Source: Octopus sinensis
Taxonomy: Eukaryota
Assembly: GCF_006345805.1 (NCBI RefSeq)
Contig: NC_043007.1
Location: forward strand, 50,344,001 to 50,408,000
Direction of reading: 5' to 3'
Length of the DNA stretch: 64,000 nucleotides
In this document: piece after piece, positions 24,308-38,781 of the stretch
Numbering within the stretch: the stretch's first letter is position 1
Layout: each line of letters opens with the position of its first letter
Notes under the pieces: model-generated
What the model saw: the letters and a program-made list of their open reading frames with translations, nothing else
The model's database searches: none
Told to the model about the DNA's origin: nothing
Position numbers and translations under genes: made by a program

Positions 24308-26179
24308 TAAATACATTTATTTAAATCATAGATTCATGTCTATCATAGACACATCACCATTAATAGACAAGTACATGTTTCAAATTACATTTCCACGCTG
24401 TGTGCAATAATAATCGTTATAAGACATTATAAAATGAGCCGTTGTGACAATTAAGGAGGTTTACGTTACAACATTCACTGATATGAGAATAATCAAACCG
24501 TCAATTAGTAACAAGAGCTAAATGAAAATTATATTGCTCTGGTTTGATATAGTAATGAAGACTTTTCGCTTTCTTTCTTTTTCTTTCTTGCATGAAAGAT
24601 TTAATTCCTCGCCCATTCCAATAACACCACATGGGGTATTTATCTGGAATACATTCCATTGCAAAATTTAGGATCCGATCTTCGGCCTGAGTCCTGGTCT
24701 CTTTCTCTTCTACCTCTTCATCAGTTTCTTTGGCCCTAAAAATGGATTATCAGGAACTGCCTCTCCTCCTGAACAATACAAAAGGCATTCTGTTAGGAAA
24801 TGACGTAATCTAATAAGTCACAATATGAAGGCTGGCAATAATTTAGACAGCTTCTTTGGCCTACCAACTAAAGTGGCCAATGATGCAGCCGTTACTTGCA
24901 AGCAAATAAATAAATAAATAAAATAAAATAGATGTGTAAATTGACATGATTGGGAGTGCTACTGGGAACAATTTTAATCGGGAATTCAGGCAGCCATCGA
25001 CATTAAAGCATTGTTTTCTTTAACGAGCAAAAGACATCTCACTTGTCATTGATTCATATCTATGTATATCTGAGACTACACCACTCAAAGTGTCTTCCTT
25101 TTTATAAGACGGTAGGTTGTTGAATCTGTGAGAGTTTTAGCTGGTATTTCTCTCTGTATGACAACTCTGATAAAACTAGTTCTAGCTCTGAATACCAATG
25201 AGAAATAACAAAAATGTTTGTGATGAGTGGGCCACTATATTAGTGATGGGTTCCATTTGTAGTACCAGGATGAATTGCATGTGACGCTACATCTGTGCTG
25301 AGAGAAATAATGAATCCATAACTAAAAAATATTGAGGAATGTAACTTATATTCCAATAGCCACGTACTGAAGATTTCGTCAGCAAACGGTTTAAGATTTG
25401 AATGTCGAAATACCCAACGATTCCAGCCAAGAGCACTGAAGGAACTTATGTAATCTAGAAGTCAATCAATTTGTTAGAAATCCCAACCGGTTCTCGTTAC
25501 ATATTCTTAAAAATAAGTAGAACACATATGACAATATAATTCTAGATGTCCCTGAAAAGATGGCACGGTCATATCTGGAATGCATTTGATCACATTTCAG
25601 CTGGATCAACGCAAACCTTTGGTTAAGAAAGAATATGTTTGTGTTAGGTGACATATTTATAATGATGAATTATTCATAATTAATGAAACGCTGAATGACA
25701 CGAAAGATGAAATCATTACAAGTGCAATTAGTTTATACAATTCAATTATAGAATTGTGTGTTATCAAAATCTAAATCAACAAATAAGGAATTGGCCTGGA
25801 AACGCCGATGCTAAAGTCATTATTATCCATAGTGGCAGTATTGGAATATTATTTTGTGAGTGGCGATATGTAAGTTATATTTTGGAGCTGTTGCGGAGGA
25901 AAGTGGATTCTCTGTAACATCTCAAATGTAACGTTGTTATCCATTCATCAACACACACACAAACACACACACATACACACACACACGCACACACACACAC
26001 ATATATACACACACGCACACACACACATACACACACACACCTACGCACGTGCACAGACACACTCACTCACACACACATTTATATGACAAGGCAAAATTTC
26101 TTATTTATTTTCAGCTATACCTAGCACCTACTCCTATTATTTGTTCTCAATCTCCCCCAGCTTCTAATTACATGGTTTT

Positions 26180-27737
26180 TGTTGTCTGGTGTTCACGATA
26201 TGTACCCTAGTAATTTTGGGCTTCTGATTTCAAAACTGAAATCCATTTTGCTGTTTCACGTCAAGCTATGTCCATTTTTCAACATTTCCAATATTGTCAC
26301 AATTTCTAAGAATAGATTTGGCTTTATCAAATGCAGAACCATCTATGGAGCTTGAAATTAGTTTGAATTGATAGTTTTTCAATATTATTGAAAAGTAAAT
26401 GCAAGTAAATGCAAAAGTGAAAACAAGTGTCATAGTTTAAATATCTTCAGTAAATAAAAAGCATCAAGCTTAAGCAACTTTCACTCTCTTCAATCTAACC
26501 AGTTTTAAATGTCATGATGATAACAGAAATGTCTTTTATACTATTAGATGTTAATAAACAACACGCTTCTGTGGTCCTTCACATCACAGATGTCTCATAT
26601 TTGTGGAACTTGTCTGGTGATATGCCCACACTGTGCTTGATTTAGTGTGAATATCAATGCAAACCAGGTGAGACATATTTTGTTGAACCTTTAACTATTT
26701 CTTACGAACATTGGTAGTTTGAATGCGCCTTCAATGTGAGATCACATCTATCAAACTCACTTTTTGTCAAGCATAGTTAAAGAACTGTAGAAAGAACGTC
26801 ATGGTATGTATTCTCATTATGGAACTTTGCCATTAAAAAATTCTGCCTTTACTTACTTTATAACCGTTGACAATTCTGTGAATGCTTTTCCCAGGTGACA
26901 ACTGGCTTGACTATATGCTTTGTAGTCCAGAAATATGGCCAGTTCTGAGAGAAGAAAATGCAAAAGCAGACCTGATGTCTTCTGCTATATTCCAGGGTAA
27001 CTGAAAATAATCAAATTATGAAAAATGTATGCCTACTCTATTAACCAGATTCGAGGACTGGGTTGAAACATGAGTGTAAATGCGCATTTCTTGCACTGTC
27101 ATCTGGTCTCCTTTCCTGTGCAATAAATGATGGGCAAGAAGAAAAACGCCACCAAGACATCAAGATCATGGAGACTAGGTATCAAGGCAGGTGGAACACA
27201 AGCCTGATGGCTAACTTCTGCTGATCTCTGCAAAGAGACTGTTGGGATGCAAGTATTCACGCAAAACAGTAAAGAGAAAGTTCACTTCTTGGATAGTTGA
27301 AATACCAGCCTGACAGAAATATATATCCCAAGATGTGTAATTAAAAATTTTATGTAATATATTTGTTAAACAATAAAAAGTACTATTTGTTTCTCGTTAG
27401 TTTCTTATTTCAGTATGGTGTTTAATAGCAAAAACGACATTTCTGTTTAACAAAAAATACGGCGTGATAGAAATTTCTGAGGGTATTTCTGAACTCAACA
27501 CCATCAAATTAATTAGGACTAATTGTAAAAAGCAAGACAACTAGTTTTTTTAGATATGTTCCCCAGTGTTGTGAATAAAATTATACAAGCAGCTGACCAG
27601 TCCCATTACTTGTGGACAAACAATACAGTTGTACTCAAGATAACTGAGTGTATTTTTGAAATCAGCATGCCAATTTTAGTCTAAATCAAGTGAGAAAGCA
27701 AACTCAATAGAAGTTATGCTTAAAATTGTCCCCCTGT
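26180..27737 (+). mobile_element. Internally deleted Chapaev3-like (CMC) DNA transposon relic
   Basis: RRKCKSRPDVFCYI (~26950) joined to HFLHCHL...HQDIKIMETRYQGRW (~27070-27200); 3' terminus ...GTG followed by TTA; subterminal inverted motif GATTTCAAAA; left end uncertain. Confidence 0.65.
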
Positions 27738-29833
27738 GTTATTAATTCCTCTGACTCTCACTTGCGCGCTCGCACGTTGTTTAACCTGAGGTCAGCTGTA
27801 CGTGATTAGATGTGCGTTGCTTTTTCTCACATGGAGGCCATAGAATATGCAAGTATAACCGAGTGGGGAGAAAAATTTATTTGTGGTCAGAAGATTCGTC
27901 GTTCGATCACAACAGCGCGATACCTTAGACAGGACCCTGATGATTATCTTTCCCTAGACTAACTGACGAAAAATCTATCATCCTCCACATCCTCTTCATC
28001 ATCATCACTGTCAGCAGCAGCAGCAACAGCGGCTTAGGCTTCATTGTCACTTCACAGACGTACTGAAGTTGTTGATAAATGTACGGCAGTTGTCGCACAA
28101 TATATGTAACTTCATATATAAAGATGTGTGTGTGTCTGAGTGTGTCTTTGCTATATGGAGACGTCGTCACATGATAGTCTTGTTAATTAAAAAAATAAAT
28201 CCACTGAACTTTATTATTTGTATTTAAAAAGATTTACATTACTGAAACGAGCTGAACCTCCAGCAATATAATGCAAGTTCTCAAAACCACAAGGGAGTTA
28301 TCATATTTGATGCAGATTGCCTGACATCGTTCAAGACCAATAAATCGAAATACTGAGAAAAACCATTCCACAGCTGCAGCGAAAATGTTTTACGGCTCAC
28401 AGGAGAGTTAGTTTATGTTCATTTTTGTGTGAGTCTGACAACAGATAAAAAGTTACTCTTATACTGACACATGATGAAGATTAGCAAGATTCAGTATTGA
28501 GCGGTATACTCATGTTTAAATCTTATACAGACTTAAAGATATACGTTCATATACATACATACATACATACATACATACATACATACATACATACGTACGT
28601 ACGTACGTACATAGATACATACATACATGCATACATACGTATGTACGTGCGTGCGTGAGTGTATGTTTAAGACATATTTAGATTTTATACGTAAGTGTGA
28701 ATGTGCATGCGTGTTTAAGATTTAAAATTAAGACGGAACTCAATGTACGCAAAGTTTATTAATCACAAATGGTGTGTTGATGTTTTAGTAATTTGCTAAT
28801 TAAAGTAAATGCAAGAGATCAAACAATTGAAACTGGGACATTTGTATTTAAATTTAAAATTTTAATGTTAATTGGGTACAAAGTAACGCTTATATAATTC
28901 GACATTAGCAGAATTGCTAAAAGGCCTCATACCATCATTCAATGCGTACTACCACTCCTGGTGAGATGAAGGAATAGAAAGAAACGGCAGTGTTGAATAA
29001 AACTACGTTTAGCTGTATATTGGCACTAGAAGCACAGAAGCTGTTAAAAGGACTTGTACGTTGTTTCTACGGAAGGAATAGCTGGTTGTGCGACTACGAA
29101 GTTCAGTTAGCAGGTCTGCATTCTTTGGTTTGATATCATGATGCAGGACCTAGGATAAGTGGCATCTATCATAACCATGAGTTAACTAAAGTCTCCGTCA
29201 GTGGAATTTGAACGACAGAGAATGTGCGCAATCCTAACAGAATAATTATTTTTGTTCTGGGGTGTAAACTCTACCTATTTTCTTGTTTAACACCAACTCC
29301 TGTTCCTTGGGTGACTTTAGAATTAAACCAAATAATTAAGACGTTCATTTGGTAATCCTGAGGTCCCAGGTTAGATTCCACACTGTGACATATTGAGAAA
29401 ATGGCTCTTCCTATAAGCTTGGGTTGGGCTAAACCCGGTAGGCCAAATTGGTTTGACGGAAATTGCGTGGAAGATCATCGGGTGGGCTGTACCTGTATTA
29501 CAAAGATACAACTGTCTTATCCCATTTTGTCACGCTAATTCTGCTTGATAATTCTGTTACATTAGTTAGAAGAGTACAGGTCTGTGGAATACTCAGCCAT
29601 ACACAATGAACCAAAAGTTTAGTCGAACGAACAACTGAAACTGAGGTTATGATAAACCATATTTGCCCAAGATGCAAGGGAGTAGAATTAAGTTTGCCAT
29701 TACTTAGTTGCAAAGCAGACTTCTTACCTACAGGATCATGCACTGAGTGTGGTGTGGGGTGGTGTGTGTGTTTGTGTGTGTATGTGTGTTTGTTTGTGTG
29801 TGTGTGTGTGTGTATGTGTGTGTGTGTGTGTGA

Positions 29834-29877
<44 letters not shown>

Positions 29878-30420
29878 ACTAACTATGAAATCATATGATT
29901 TGCGGCTGAAAGTTTTTAAGAGACGACTTCCAAGTTGCATTCCTTCGCTGTATATCTATTAAGGTAGTTTTGACTTTAAGAGTCCCTTATAACGTGAGGC
30001 ATTTACGTGTAGTAATGCCCTCAATATAATAAATGTATTTAAAAGGGAATAAATTAATGATATATTTTGTTAAATTTTCCCCTTAACTGGTTTTTCACGC
30101 TGACTACTTGTGGAATGAAAAGTTACCATGGATAATTTTACCCCCGTGCGGCGCATCTCAAACATGTGGACGTCACATAATATTTAACTTGCCTCGTTAT
30201 AACCTCACGTGAGGAAGCGGTTTGGGACCCAACGACACAGAATTTCATTTACAGGGCTGCACACTGGCGTGTATACAGAAGTTATTTCTTTACACACGCG
30301 CACGTGCACGCACATAAGCACACATATGTACACACACATACACACACACATCCACATGTACGCACACCCAAATTTATATGCATAAATTGTACATATATTT
30401 GTATAAATGTATAAATCCTT

Positions 30421-30473
<53 letters not shown>

Positions 30474-31591
30474 CATTGGACGTCATCTATCACACAAATT
30501 TAATTTCTAAAACAGAAGTTAACGTTTAGATTGTTTCTACATGTTTGCCTCAGTACAAATTGTATTCAATTTATATATAAATAAAATATTCAGCGTGACA
30601 TTACTAACCCACTTCAAATGAAATCCATCGAAATAACCTTCTATATCACCCCTAAATTCTTATTCAAGCTGTTCCTACTCTAGAAAGTTCCATATCCCTC
30701 CTGTAGTGTCTGCAGAGCACTATAAGCTATGTGTGCTTCTGAAAATTTTGTAATTGTTACCAAAACTTTGTCCTTGTTTTTTCGACCTTTCAGCTAATTT
30801 CATGACCTCTTTAGCTCAAAGATTTACTGATTTAAATAAAATAAAATATGTTGATGTTATTTTTTAGAAGGTTCTCACAGTGATGTAGATAAAGAGTGAC
30901 TGGTTCAAGTAGAACACTACATTGGTACTCAGTCACAATTTCATTTAAATTTTTTTCCATCTCAGCAGAATAATCGAAATAATAGATTTAACAGTGAAAG
31001 AAATAAATGACTTCCAGATTTCAAAAATATTTAATCGTGATGTTTAACGTAGAATTACGGTTAGAAGAACAACTGTTGTGCTATACATCTAATACTCATA
31101 GTATTCCTCTAGGTCTAATACATTCACAATATTCCATTTGATACTGTTTTCTGTGGCGTGAAGTAGATAGACGTTCCAACTGAGCTAAAAACAGCTACTC
31201 GCTCTATATTCCCGATTGAAGCAATTAAAACACAATTATGTCGTTATTATTGACACAACATCCCACATCTCTTGGGATATCAACTGAAACCAATATTTTA
31301 TTTGATCTTTGTTAATCATCATGAAAGAAAAATAAACGATCCTCAACTGAAATGCTGGTATGCTTTCTTAGTCAGACTGGAGTGCTTCAGTTGAAAAAAA
31401 ATGCCTCTGATAAGGTCACGGAAATCTCACATTTTCTCTCTTATTAACCTGAAAGATTTTATATTTGCATTTCATGAAACAGGCGAGGGCAGGTAATCAT
31501 CACAGACTTGAAAAATGATTGTATTTGGGTTGTAGATGATTGAATTGTTCAATCTTATGGGTGGGGTAAACAAATAGCAAGCACAAATTGG

Positions 31592-31802
31592 ATTCAAATT
31601 TTGGTATAAGGCCAGTAATTGTTGGGGTACGGAGAAAGACTATTACATCGACCCCAGTGCCAACTGGTATTTATCTCAACGGCTCTGAAAGGATGAAAGG
31701 CAAGGTCGACCCTGGCGACATTTGAACTCACAGCGTACAGCCATAAGAAATACTGGTAAAAGTTTTGTCGACGTGCAAACAATTCTGCCCGCTCACCGCC
31801 TT
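31592..31802 (-). mobile_element. SINE family B, full length
   Basis: Homology to 1179-1392. Confidence 0.85.
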
Positions 31803-32360
31803 AAACAGCAAGCATATATTAGGTTTATGTTTTATCACAAGCAAAACGTTGTTTCTGAATCTAAAACAGAAATATCGGCGACTTCCTGCCTGGTCCCAGA
31901 TCAGTCCTGATCCAAGAGATTTACAACCAATGAGGATTTAGTTGCATTTATGCGCTCTTCAGGACAGCGTATATTTTTCAAGGTTTTGAGGGAGGCAATC
32001 ACTGGAACAGTGTGTAAACACAATGATTAGAAGAGTAGGCACAAAACAATGGTTGAACAAGCAGTGGTGAAAAGCCCACGAATGAGACGCTCAGGTAGAT
32101 CTGAAGACATTTATGAATTTGTGGGAAATATGTATTTGCAAATGGGGAATTTTTACAGTAGCGATTTGTTGTACAAAACGAATTTCATTTTAGTTACATT
32201 GTGCTTTTTAAATAATCGTAATGTCTTTGCAGTCAGTACAAAAAGTTGGAAAATTCACGTCAACGGTGAAAGAAAGAGATTTAGTGAATAAGAAATACAA
32301 GATTATGTTTATGATATATATACATAAGTGTGTATAGGTACACATATATATGTATATATA

Positions 32361-32449
<89 letters not shown>

Positions 32450-32509
32450 AACTATATATGATACTAACGGAGATACCCGGCGCTGTGTCGGGATTAAGAT
32501 GGTATAGTT

Positions 32510-32705
32510 TTTTTTCATTGTTTTACTTGTTTCGGTCATGTGATTGCGGACATGTTGGAGCATCGCCTTTAGTCGAAGAAATCCACCCCAGTATTATTCT
32601 TTGTAACCCTAGCACTTATTCTATCGTTATTACAGCTAAGTTACTGGGTCGTAAACACAACAACATCGAATTGCAAGCTATGGTTGGGGTACAAACTCAG
32701 ACGCA
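32510..32705 (-). mobile_element. SINE family A, 3' half
   Basis: TTTTACTTGTTTC...GCCTTTAGTCGA...TTATTCTATCG. Confidence 0.75.
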
Positions 32706-32709
32706 CACA

Positions 32710-32757
<48 letters not shown>

Positions 32758-32777
32758 TATAGACATATATATATACA

Positions 32778-33414
32778 TATAAAAGGAATGACCACTACGT
32801 GAACATCCATTATGCTAGAAGTAGATCTGCTATGGTTTTACCACTAAGAAAGGAATGTTCTCAAGAAAATTTTAGCAAACGCCAGAACGTAAGCGAGCAA
32901 GACAAATAAAAAGAAACAAAATATAGATTAATTACAAACTAGTTTCGCTATTACTACTTACGTAATTACTGACGTAGTTGTCCGTAGCTCATCAGTGTGA
33001 TCGTCTTTGCAAATATAGATTGCAGAACTATACACAAAACATCCGCTTGAGATTGAACATGTATACAGTTCTATCAATTACTCTTTTGGTTATCTTTCAA
33101 AAGTCTTCGTTTTGGCGCGCTAAAATAAGGGATATGATTCTGCAGAAAATAAATTTCTGCAGTGAATTTTGCCGGTTAGAGAAGATAGTTATTTAAATTT
33201 AAATTTTAAATAATGAGGGTAAATAATTGAATATTAATTTGATTAATATCAATTAAAACCAGTGGTCAAGTATGTTAAAATCTGAAGATACAGAAAAAAT
33301 TATATTACATACATATAAGGGGGATGACCACTACGTGGACATCCATTATGCTAGAAGTAGATCCGCTATGGTCTTACCACTAAGAAAGGAATGTTCTCAA
33401 GAAAATTTTAGCAA
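32778..33414 (-). mobile_element. Non-coding ~536-bp hammerhead-bearing unit in 1.2 tandem copies
   Basis: 32778-32878 repeated at 33314-33414 (offset 536); homologous to the 508-bp unit at 54945-55452. Confidence 0.8.
32931..33001 (-). ncRNA. Minimal hammerhead ribozyme
   Basis: ATCACA-CTGATGA-GCTA...TAGC-GAA-ACTAGT-T-TGTAAT. Confidence 0.75.
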
Positions 33415-33422
33415 TTTTTTTC

Positions 33423-33474
<52 letters not shown>

Positions 33475-33475
33475 G

Positions 33476-35400
33476 TCAAGACGAAGAGCACGATTCGATT
33501 GTAAGATATTTTATTAGTTGAACGTTATTTCAACAGTACGTCTGTCTTTGTGAAGTTCAAAATAAGAAATGATAAAAATTCAAAATTACAGAAATTTAAA
33601 CATTAAATTATAAACGAGAGCAGCCAGCGTCCACACGTTGATGGAATGACATCATCCGTTTTTAAGTTACAATTTTATAACAGGTGAAAAGGAAAAGATA
33701 GAAAAAAAACAGAAAAAAAGACGACAGAAAAAAAGACGACAGAAAAAAGGAAAGAAAAAGAGATAAAGGAGAATATTTAATCAAACAGTTTTGTATAAAC
33801 TTGATGATATTCTCCTGTCATCTTATTCATTCCTCCAGGGCGTGACGTTAATAACCCGCAAACATATTTCGCCTCATACATTCTGAGAAGTGAAAGTGAA
33901 GCAGATTCAGAATATTTTCTGAGAATATGCACTTTCAAGTCTTCTTCAAAATTAAAGCCGCTTGAAACGAAATGTTCAGCAAGTTCTGTCGAACTACTAT
34001 TATTGTGCCTTTTGTTTAATTGTTCTGTCGTTTATAAATTAAGTAGTGTTTCGTGCATTCTGCAACGTACACCAAATGGGAATCTTTACATATGCCACCT
34101 TCTGTATAAATTATAACATTTCTGTTATGATTTCTGATGGAATTCACTGGTGGTAAAATCTGTGTTTAAACTTCATTGTGTTACTTTCTAACACAAACCT
34201 CAATAATCTACAGAGAAAATTTTATGGAAAACTTTTGTTTGACCGCTTTTCGAAGGCATCCATGCATGCTTCTTCCCCTTCATTGTGGTCAATATTGGGA
34301 TATAAAGAAGAAACATCTATGGTTACCAAAAAACAGTTCTCTATACGGCATCTGTGCTTGAAAATGTTGCTGATTTTAGATACAAAATCAAAGATATCCC
34401 GAATATAGGAACTTGATCGTTTTGCGACGGGGAGCAGAAAACTATCCAGCCATTCCGAAATTTTGGCCGTGTAACATTCATATCCATTACAAATTGGGCG
34501 CATTGGAGGAAATCTTTCGAACTTTTTGTGTATTTTAGGGAGACCATAAAATACATGTGTTCTCTCTGACCTTAAAATCTTAGATTCAACCTTATTAACG
34601 AAATTGTTTTCCTCCATTTCCAGAATTATTCCGTAATTGGGATTTGGATCGACAGGTGATTCTTCATATGAAGTTTTGTCATCTAAAACTTCTCCACAAG
34701 TCGAAATATACTTACCCTTGTCCCTAATTACGATAGCGCCTCCCTTATCCGCCGTTTTAATAACAATAGACTCGTTATTAGCTAGACGTCGGAGTGCGTA
34801 ACGTTGGGAATTTGTAAGGTTGTTCTAGGATTTCTTTCCATTTGTTTTAAGACTTTCTCTAATGCCTGCCTGACAAGATTCAAGAAATCCCAGTAGTGCT
34901 TGTGAACGTCCATCCCGAAGTTTATCTGGATACCAATTGGGATTATTTTCAATCCAATTATGCCAGATTTGATCATCATCATTTTTATTTTTTGTAAGCA
35001 TAGGGTTTTCTGACTCCTCGTTACAAGTTTTTTCAAAAAAATATTCTTTCAGCTTGTGACGCCGGACAAACTGAAATAGCCCTTGAGCTAGTTTATTCTT
35101 GTCGAAATTCTTAGTGCTTGGGCAAAAACACAGTCCAAGCTCTAAGACTGAGACATCGTCGGCTGAAAGTTTTAGTTTAGATAAATTTATAACCGACTTA
35201 TTCTCTAGTATGATGGTTTTTTCTCGGGCAAGTGGTTTTCAGAATCTTTTTCTCATTAGAATCCTAACTACTGTTTGGGCTTTGCTCGAAATCTTCACTT
35301 AAAACACGGAACCTATTGTTCTGAATGTTTATTCGAAAAATTATAATTTTTGTTGTCTTTCTAGGGGTAATCCATTTCTCGGTGGGTGATAGAAAGTGAG
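33476..35400 (-). mobile_element. Degenerate, internally deleted Penelope-like element (third lineage)
   Basis: VINLS...LELGLCFCP, IKTADKGGAIVI, FYGLPKIHK...RPI...DVSSLYPNI, HLVYVAEC...LAEHF...PGGMN; 3' end abuts an (ATT)n run at 33425-33475. Confidence 0.85.
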
Positions 35401-35559
35401 TGACTTCTGTGGTTTTTGTAAACATTTGAAAAACCTTTACTTTCGGGAAAGGAACAAATTTATTGTTTTCGAGGCAAAAATCTTAAATGTGCTCGCAGTT
35501 TTGACTGATCAAATAGAAACTTCTCTGGAACGTTTCCAATGACCAGTTCAAATGCATAC

Positions 35560-36008
35560 GCCAGGGCAAAAATTCCACAATCATATGCTCAATACAACAG
35601 GTTTGTTTGACAGTTGTTTGACTGTAACCAGTTGAGAATATCCCTAAATGGCAGACGATATGTGCATCTCTGATCATGAGCAGGAGTAGTGGGGGAGTAT
35701 GATAGGCATGTGTTGAGATGAATTATTTAGAGTGTGAAACACGAGTATTTCATTCATTATCCTTAAACAAACCATATTCAAGGACCCTTTGACGGGAATG
35801 AGATACTCGACTTGAAGAAAATTCTGACTGGACCCCCACCTGCGAGGTCATGCGCTGTTTATTTTGATATAAGATCACCATGTCGCGCACATATGGTTGT
35901 GATGCAGGTGTCTGGGGTACTATCAGACGGGTAGTCATGATGGGTATATTGAACTTCGTATACTTGTACCCTAGTGTCACTTTGACGGCATGCGCTACTT
36001 TCTCAGAA
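35560..36008 (+). mobile_element. Dispersed repeat, probably a LINE 3' UTR; paralog of 36478-36936
   Basis: Shared CAGTTGTTTGAC..AACCAGTTGAG...GTGTCACTTTGAC.GCATGC; the second copy ends in (AAT)n. Confidence 0.6.
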
Positions 36009-36009
36009 C

Positions 36010-36120
36010 CATGTCTCAGAGAAATCCAAAAGATTGTGCTGACAAGTACTGCACACATCCTTAGAAAAACCCTATCAGTTTAAACGCCCGTGTTGTATTA
36101 CATGAAGATGTTTTGCTACT
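36010..36120 (+). mobile_element. Extreme 3' end of an R4/Dong-like LINE
   Basis: LREIQKIVLTSTAHILRKTLSV*, same terminal motif as 2020 and 6136. Confidence 0.8.
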
Positions 36121-36477
36121 ACCCCTACCACATCCCCTCCCCAAGCTTTCATCTTTCGGAGGTCCATAAAATAAGTACCAGTTGAGCACTGGGGTTTATG
36201 TAATCGACTTGTTCCCTCGCTACAAATTTCAAGCCTTGTGCCATATTGCAACACCTCTTATACTTCACTAGCCCTCGGACACTGGGTGTATCTTGGCGAG
36301 TGATTGTAACAAACATGCAGATTAAAAGTACATAACAGCAACAACAACTACTACTCCTGTTACTACTAACACCACCACCACCACCACCACCCACCATTAC
36401 TACTACTACTATACTACTACTACTACTACTACAATAATAATAATGATGATAATAATAATAATCAGTTGAGCATGTCA

Positions 36478-36936
36478 CTTATTGGCTGAAAAGATAGGCT
36501 ACAGCAAATATTCTGCTCAATACCACAGATTTGCTGGTCAGTTGTTTGACCATAACCAGTTGAGCATGTCCCTTAGTGGTTGACGATATGCGCATCTCAG
36601 ATCCCGAGCAGAAGTAGTGGGGGAGCATCATAGTTGTGTGTTGAAAGGAGTTTGAATAATTAACCTCAGAAGGTGATCCTTAAAAACAAACCTTATTCAG
36701 GGATTTGAGTAGGATGGGCTACTCGACCCGAAGAAAATTTAACTGAGCCGCACCTGTAAGGTCATATGGTGTTTATCTTGGTATGGAATCATCATGTTGC
36801 GCACATGTGGTTGTGATGCCTGGTGATGCCTGGTTGTGATGCCTGGTGTACAAATGCCGGTAGTCATGCTGGTATATGGGCTTCGTATATTCATACCCCA
36901 GTGTCACTTTGACAGCATGCACTGCTCTCTCACTCA
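36478..36936 (+). mobile_element. Dispersed repeat ending in (AAT)n, probably a LINE 3' UTR
   Basis: Paralogous to 35560-36008; ...CTCTCTCACTC-AATAATAAT. Confidence 0.6.
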
Positions 36937-36954
36937 ATAATAATATTAATAATA

Positions 36955-37165
36955 ATCCTTTCTTTTAAAGGCGCAAGGCCTGAAATTTGTAGCGAGGGAA
37001 CAAGTCGATTACATAGACCCCAGTGCTCAACTGGTACTTATTTTATGAACCTCCGAAAGATGACAGCAAAGTCAACCTCAACAGATTTTGAACCCTGAAC
37101 ATAAAATGCCATCAGAAATGCCGCTAAGCCCTGTGTCCGGCGAGCTAACTGATTTAACAAGAAAT
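36955..37165 (-). mobile_element. SINE family B
   Basis: AGGCCTGAAATTTG...CCCCAGTGCTCAACTGGTACTT. Confidence 0.8.
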
Positions 37166-37974
37166 TTTGAGTGGACAGTATTAATCAATACCATCTATCC
37201 TAATAATTGACTGGAACCTTAATTTATCAGCATAATTCCACAAGTCAGTAATGCTTAGACACGGAACGCATGGCTGTACAACGGTTTCGTTACTTACCGT
37301 GCATCTCATACAGATTTTGCAAACAACGGCATTTGTACTACGTTGAGTAACGAATACAAAGAAACTATTACTTTTCAGACATAACTTAACAGAAACATGA
37401 ATCTTCTGTGAAAAAATGTGTACAAATATCAATGTCTTTACAAGATTAAGTGGATGTGATTAGTTGTCAATCTTGCCAAAGATAGATCTGACCAACTGAC
37501 CATTTGGCCAACAGCTACAAAATATATGGCTGGCTACAAATCATTCGGTGAGAGGTCAAATGTCTCGTGATATTCATGGCAAACCGTCCAGAATAGTTGA
37601 CAGTGAGGTCAACAAGAAACGCATCATATTTTGATGACTTCAAATATTGGTTCGCGTCAAAAACATCAAAAAGAAAAAGAAAAGGTTTCAATGATAATAA
37701 TATAAAGTGAAACAGAAAAATAAGAGAAGAAATGGAGAAAAAGGTAAAATGAAGAATTGATGAGGTAAGGTAATATGGTAAATATGAAGGAAAATGATTC
37801 ATGAAGAAGTTGTGAAGAAAGATGAAGAGAAATAGTAATAGACAGAAATGCACAAGAGGAACGGAGAAAGAGAGATAGAGAGAGAGAGAGGGTGAGAATA
37901 AGAGCGAGAGAAACAGATGGACAGACAGTCACACACAGATAGAAATATAGATAGATTATATATATATATATATA

Positions 37975-38009
<35 letters not shown>

Positions 38010-38044
<35 letters not shown>

Positions 38045-38140
38045 GATAGATAGATAGATAGATAGATGATAGATAGATAGATAGATAGATAGATAGTAGA
38101 TAGGTAGGTAGGTAGGTAGGTAGGTAGGTAGGTAGATAAG

Positions 38141-38188
<48 letters not shown>

Positions 38189-38189
38189 G

Positions 38190-38249
<60 letters not shown>

Positions 38250-38250
38250 T
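38010..38250. repeat. (GATA)n/(GGTA)n microsatellite
   Basis: Direct reading. Confidence 0.95.
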
Positions 38251-38781
38251 GATTGAATTTTAGAATGCCAAAATAAAGCTCTGTAAATAATTTCCGTAAG
38301 GTAAATGGAATAGAATTTGTATAACAAAACAGATTTGAAGTTTACACCGGAAATCCCTAACCGGAAAGGTTTACATTTTGGCAAGAGCAGCAGAGTGGCA
38401 ACATTTTTAAGCATAGTGTTAATCGGGAAAAGCTGCTAGAGTGTCGTACAAAATATCGTGATGAATTTAGTTACACTTTTTTACATTCTGATTTCAGTTG
38501 TCACTAAAGTCAGTTGCGTTTCATTCTTTCGGTGTTGTTAAATGTAACACTCAAGAACTGGGCTGGAGTCAAGGGCACAGGTTAATCCCTCCGCCAAATT
38601 TAAAGTCTTCTGTCTATATTAGATACTATTATTATTGATCAAGGATGTTGATGTTAGAATTTGTGGAGTGTCGTACGAAATTTAATTAAGGTATTTAATA
38701 GCAGTCCTCTACGTTCTGAGACGAGATCAAATCCAATCGCAGACAACTTTACCTTTCATTCATCTGGGATTGATAAAAAAA

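Noticed and set aside
24671-24724. Minus-strand CTGATGA...GAAG-ATCGGATC as a hammerhead
   Set aside because: GAAG instead of GAAA, no U at position 16.1 and no convincing stem II
33600-33670. SECIS-like element in the PLE 3' UTR (ATGATGTCATTCCATCAA...)
   Set aside because: Could not form the required helix II or GA quartet by eye; no credible in-frame UGA in such a degenerate ORF
35560-36120. Twin-priming inversion of an R4 LINE (inverted 5' UTR + 3' end)
   Set aside because: The paralog at 36478-36936 ends in (AAT)n on the plus strand, so the repeat is better read as a same-strand 3' UTR
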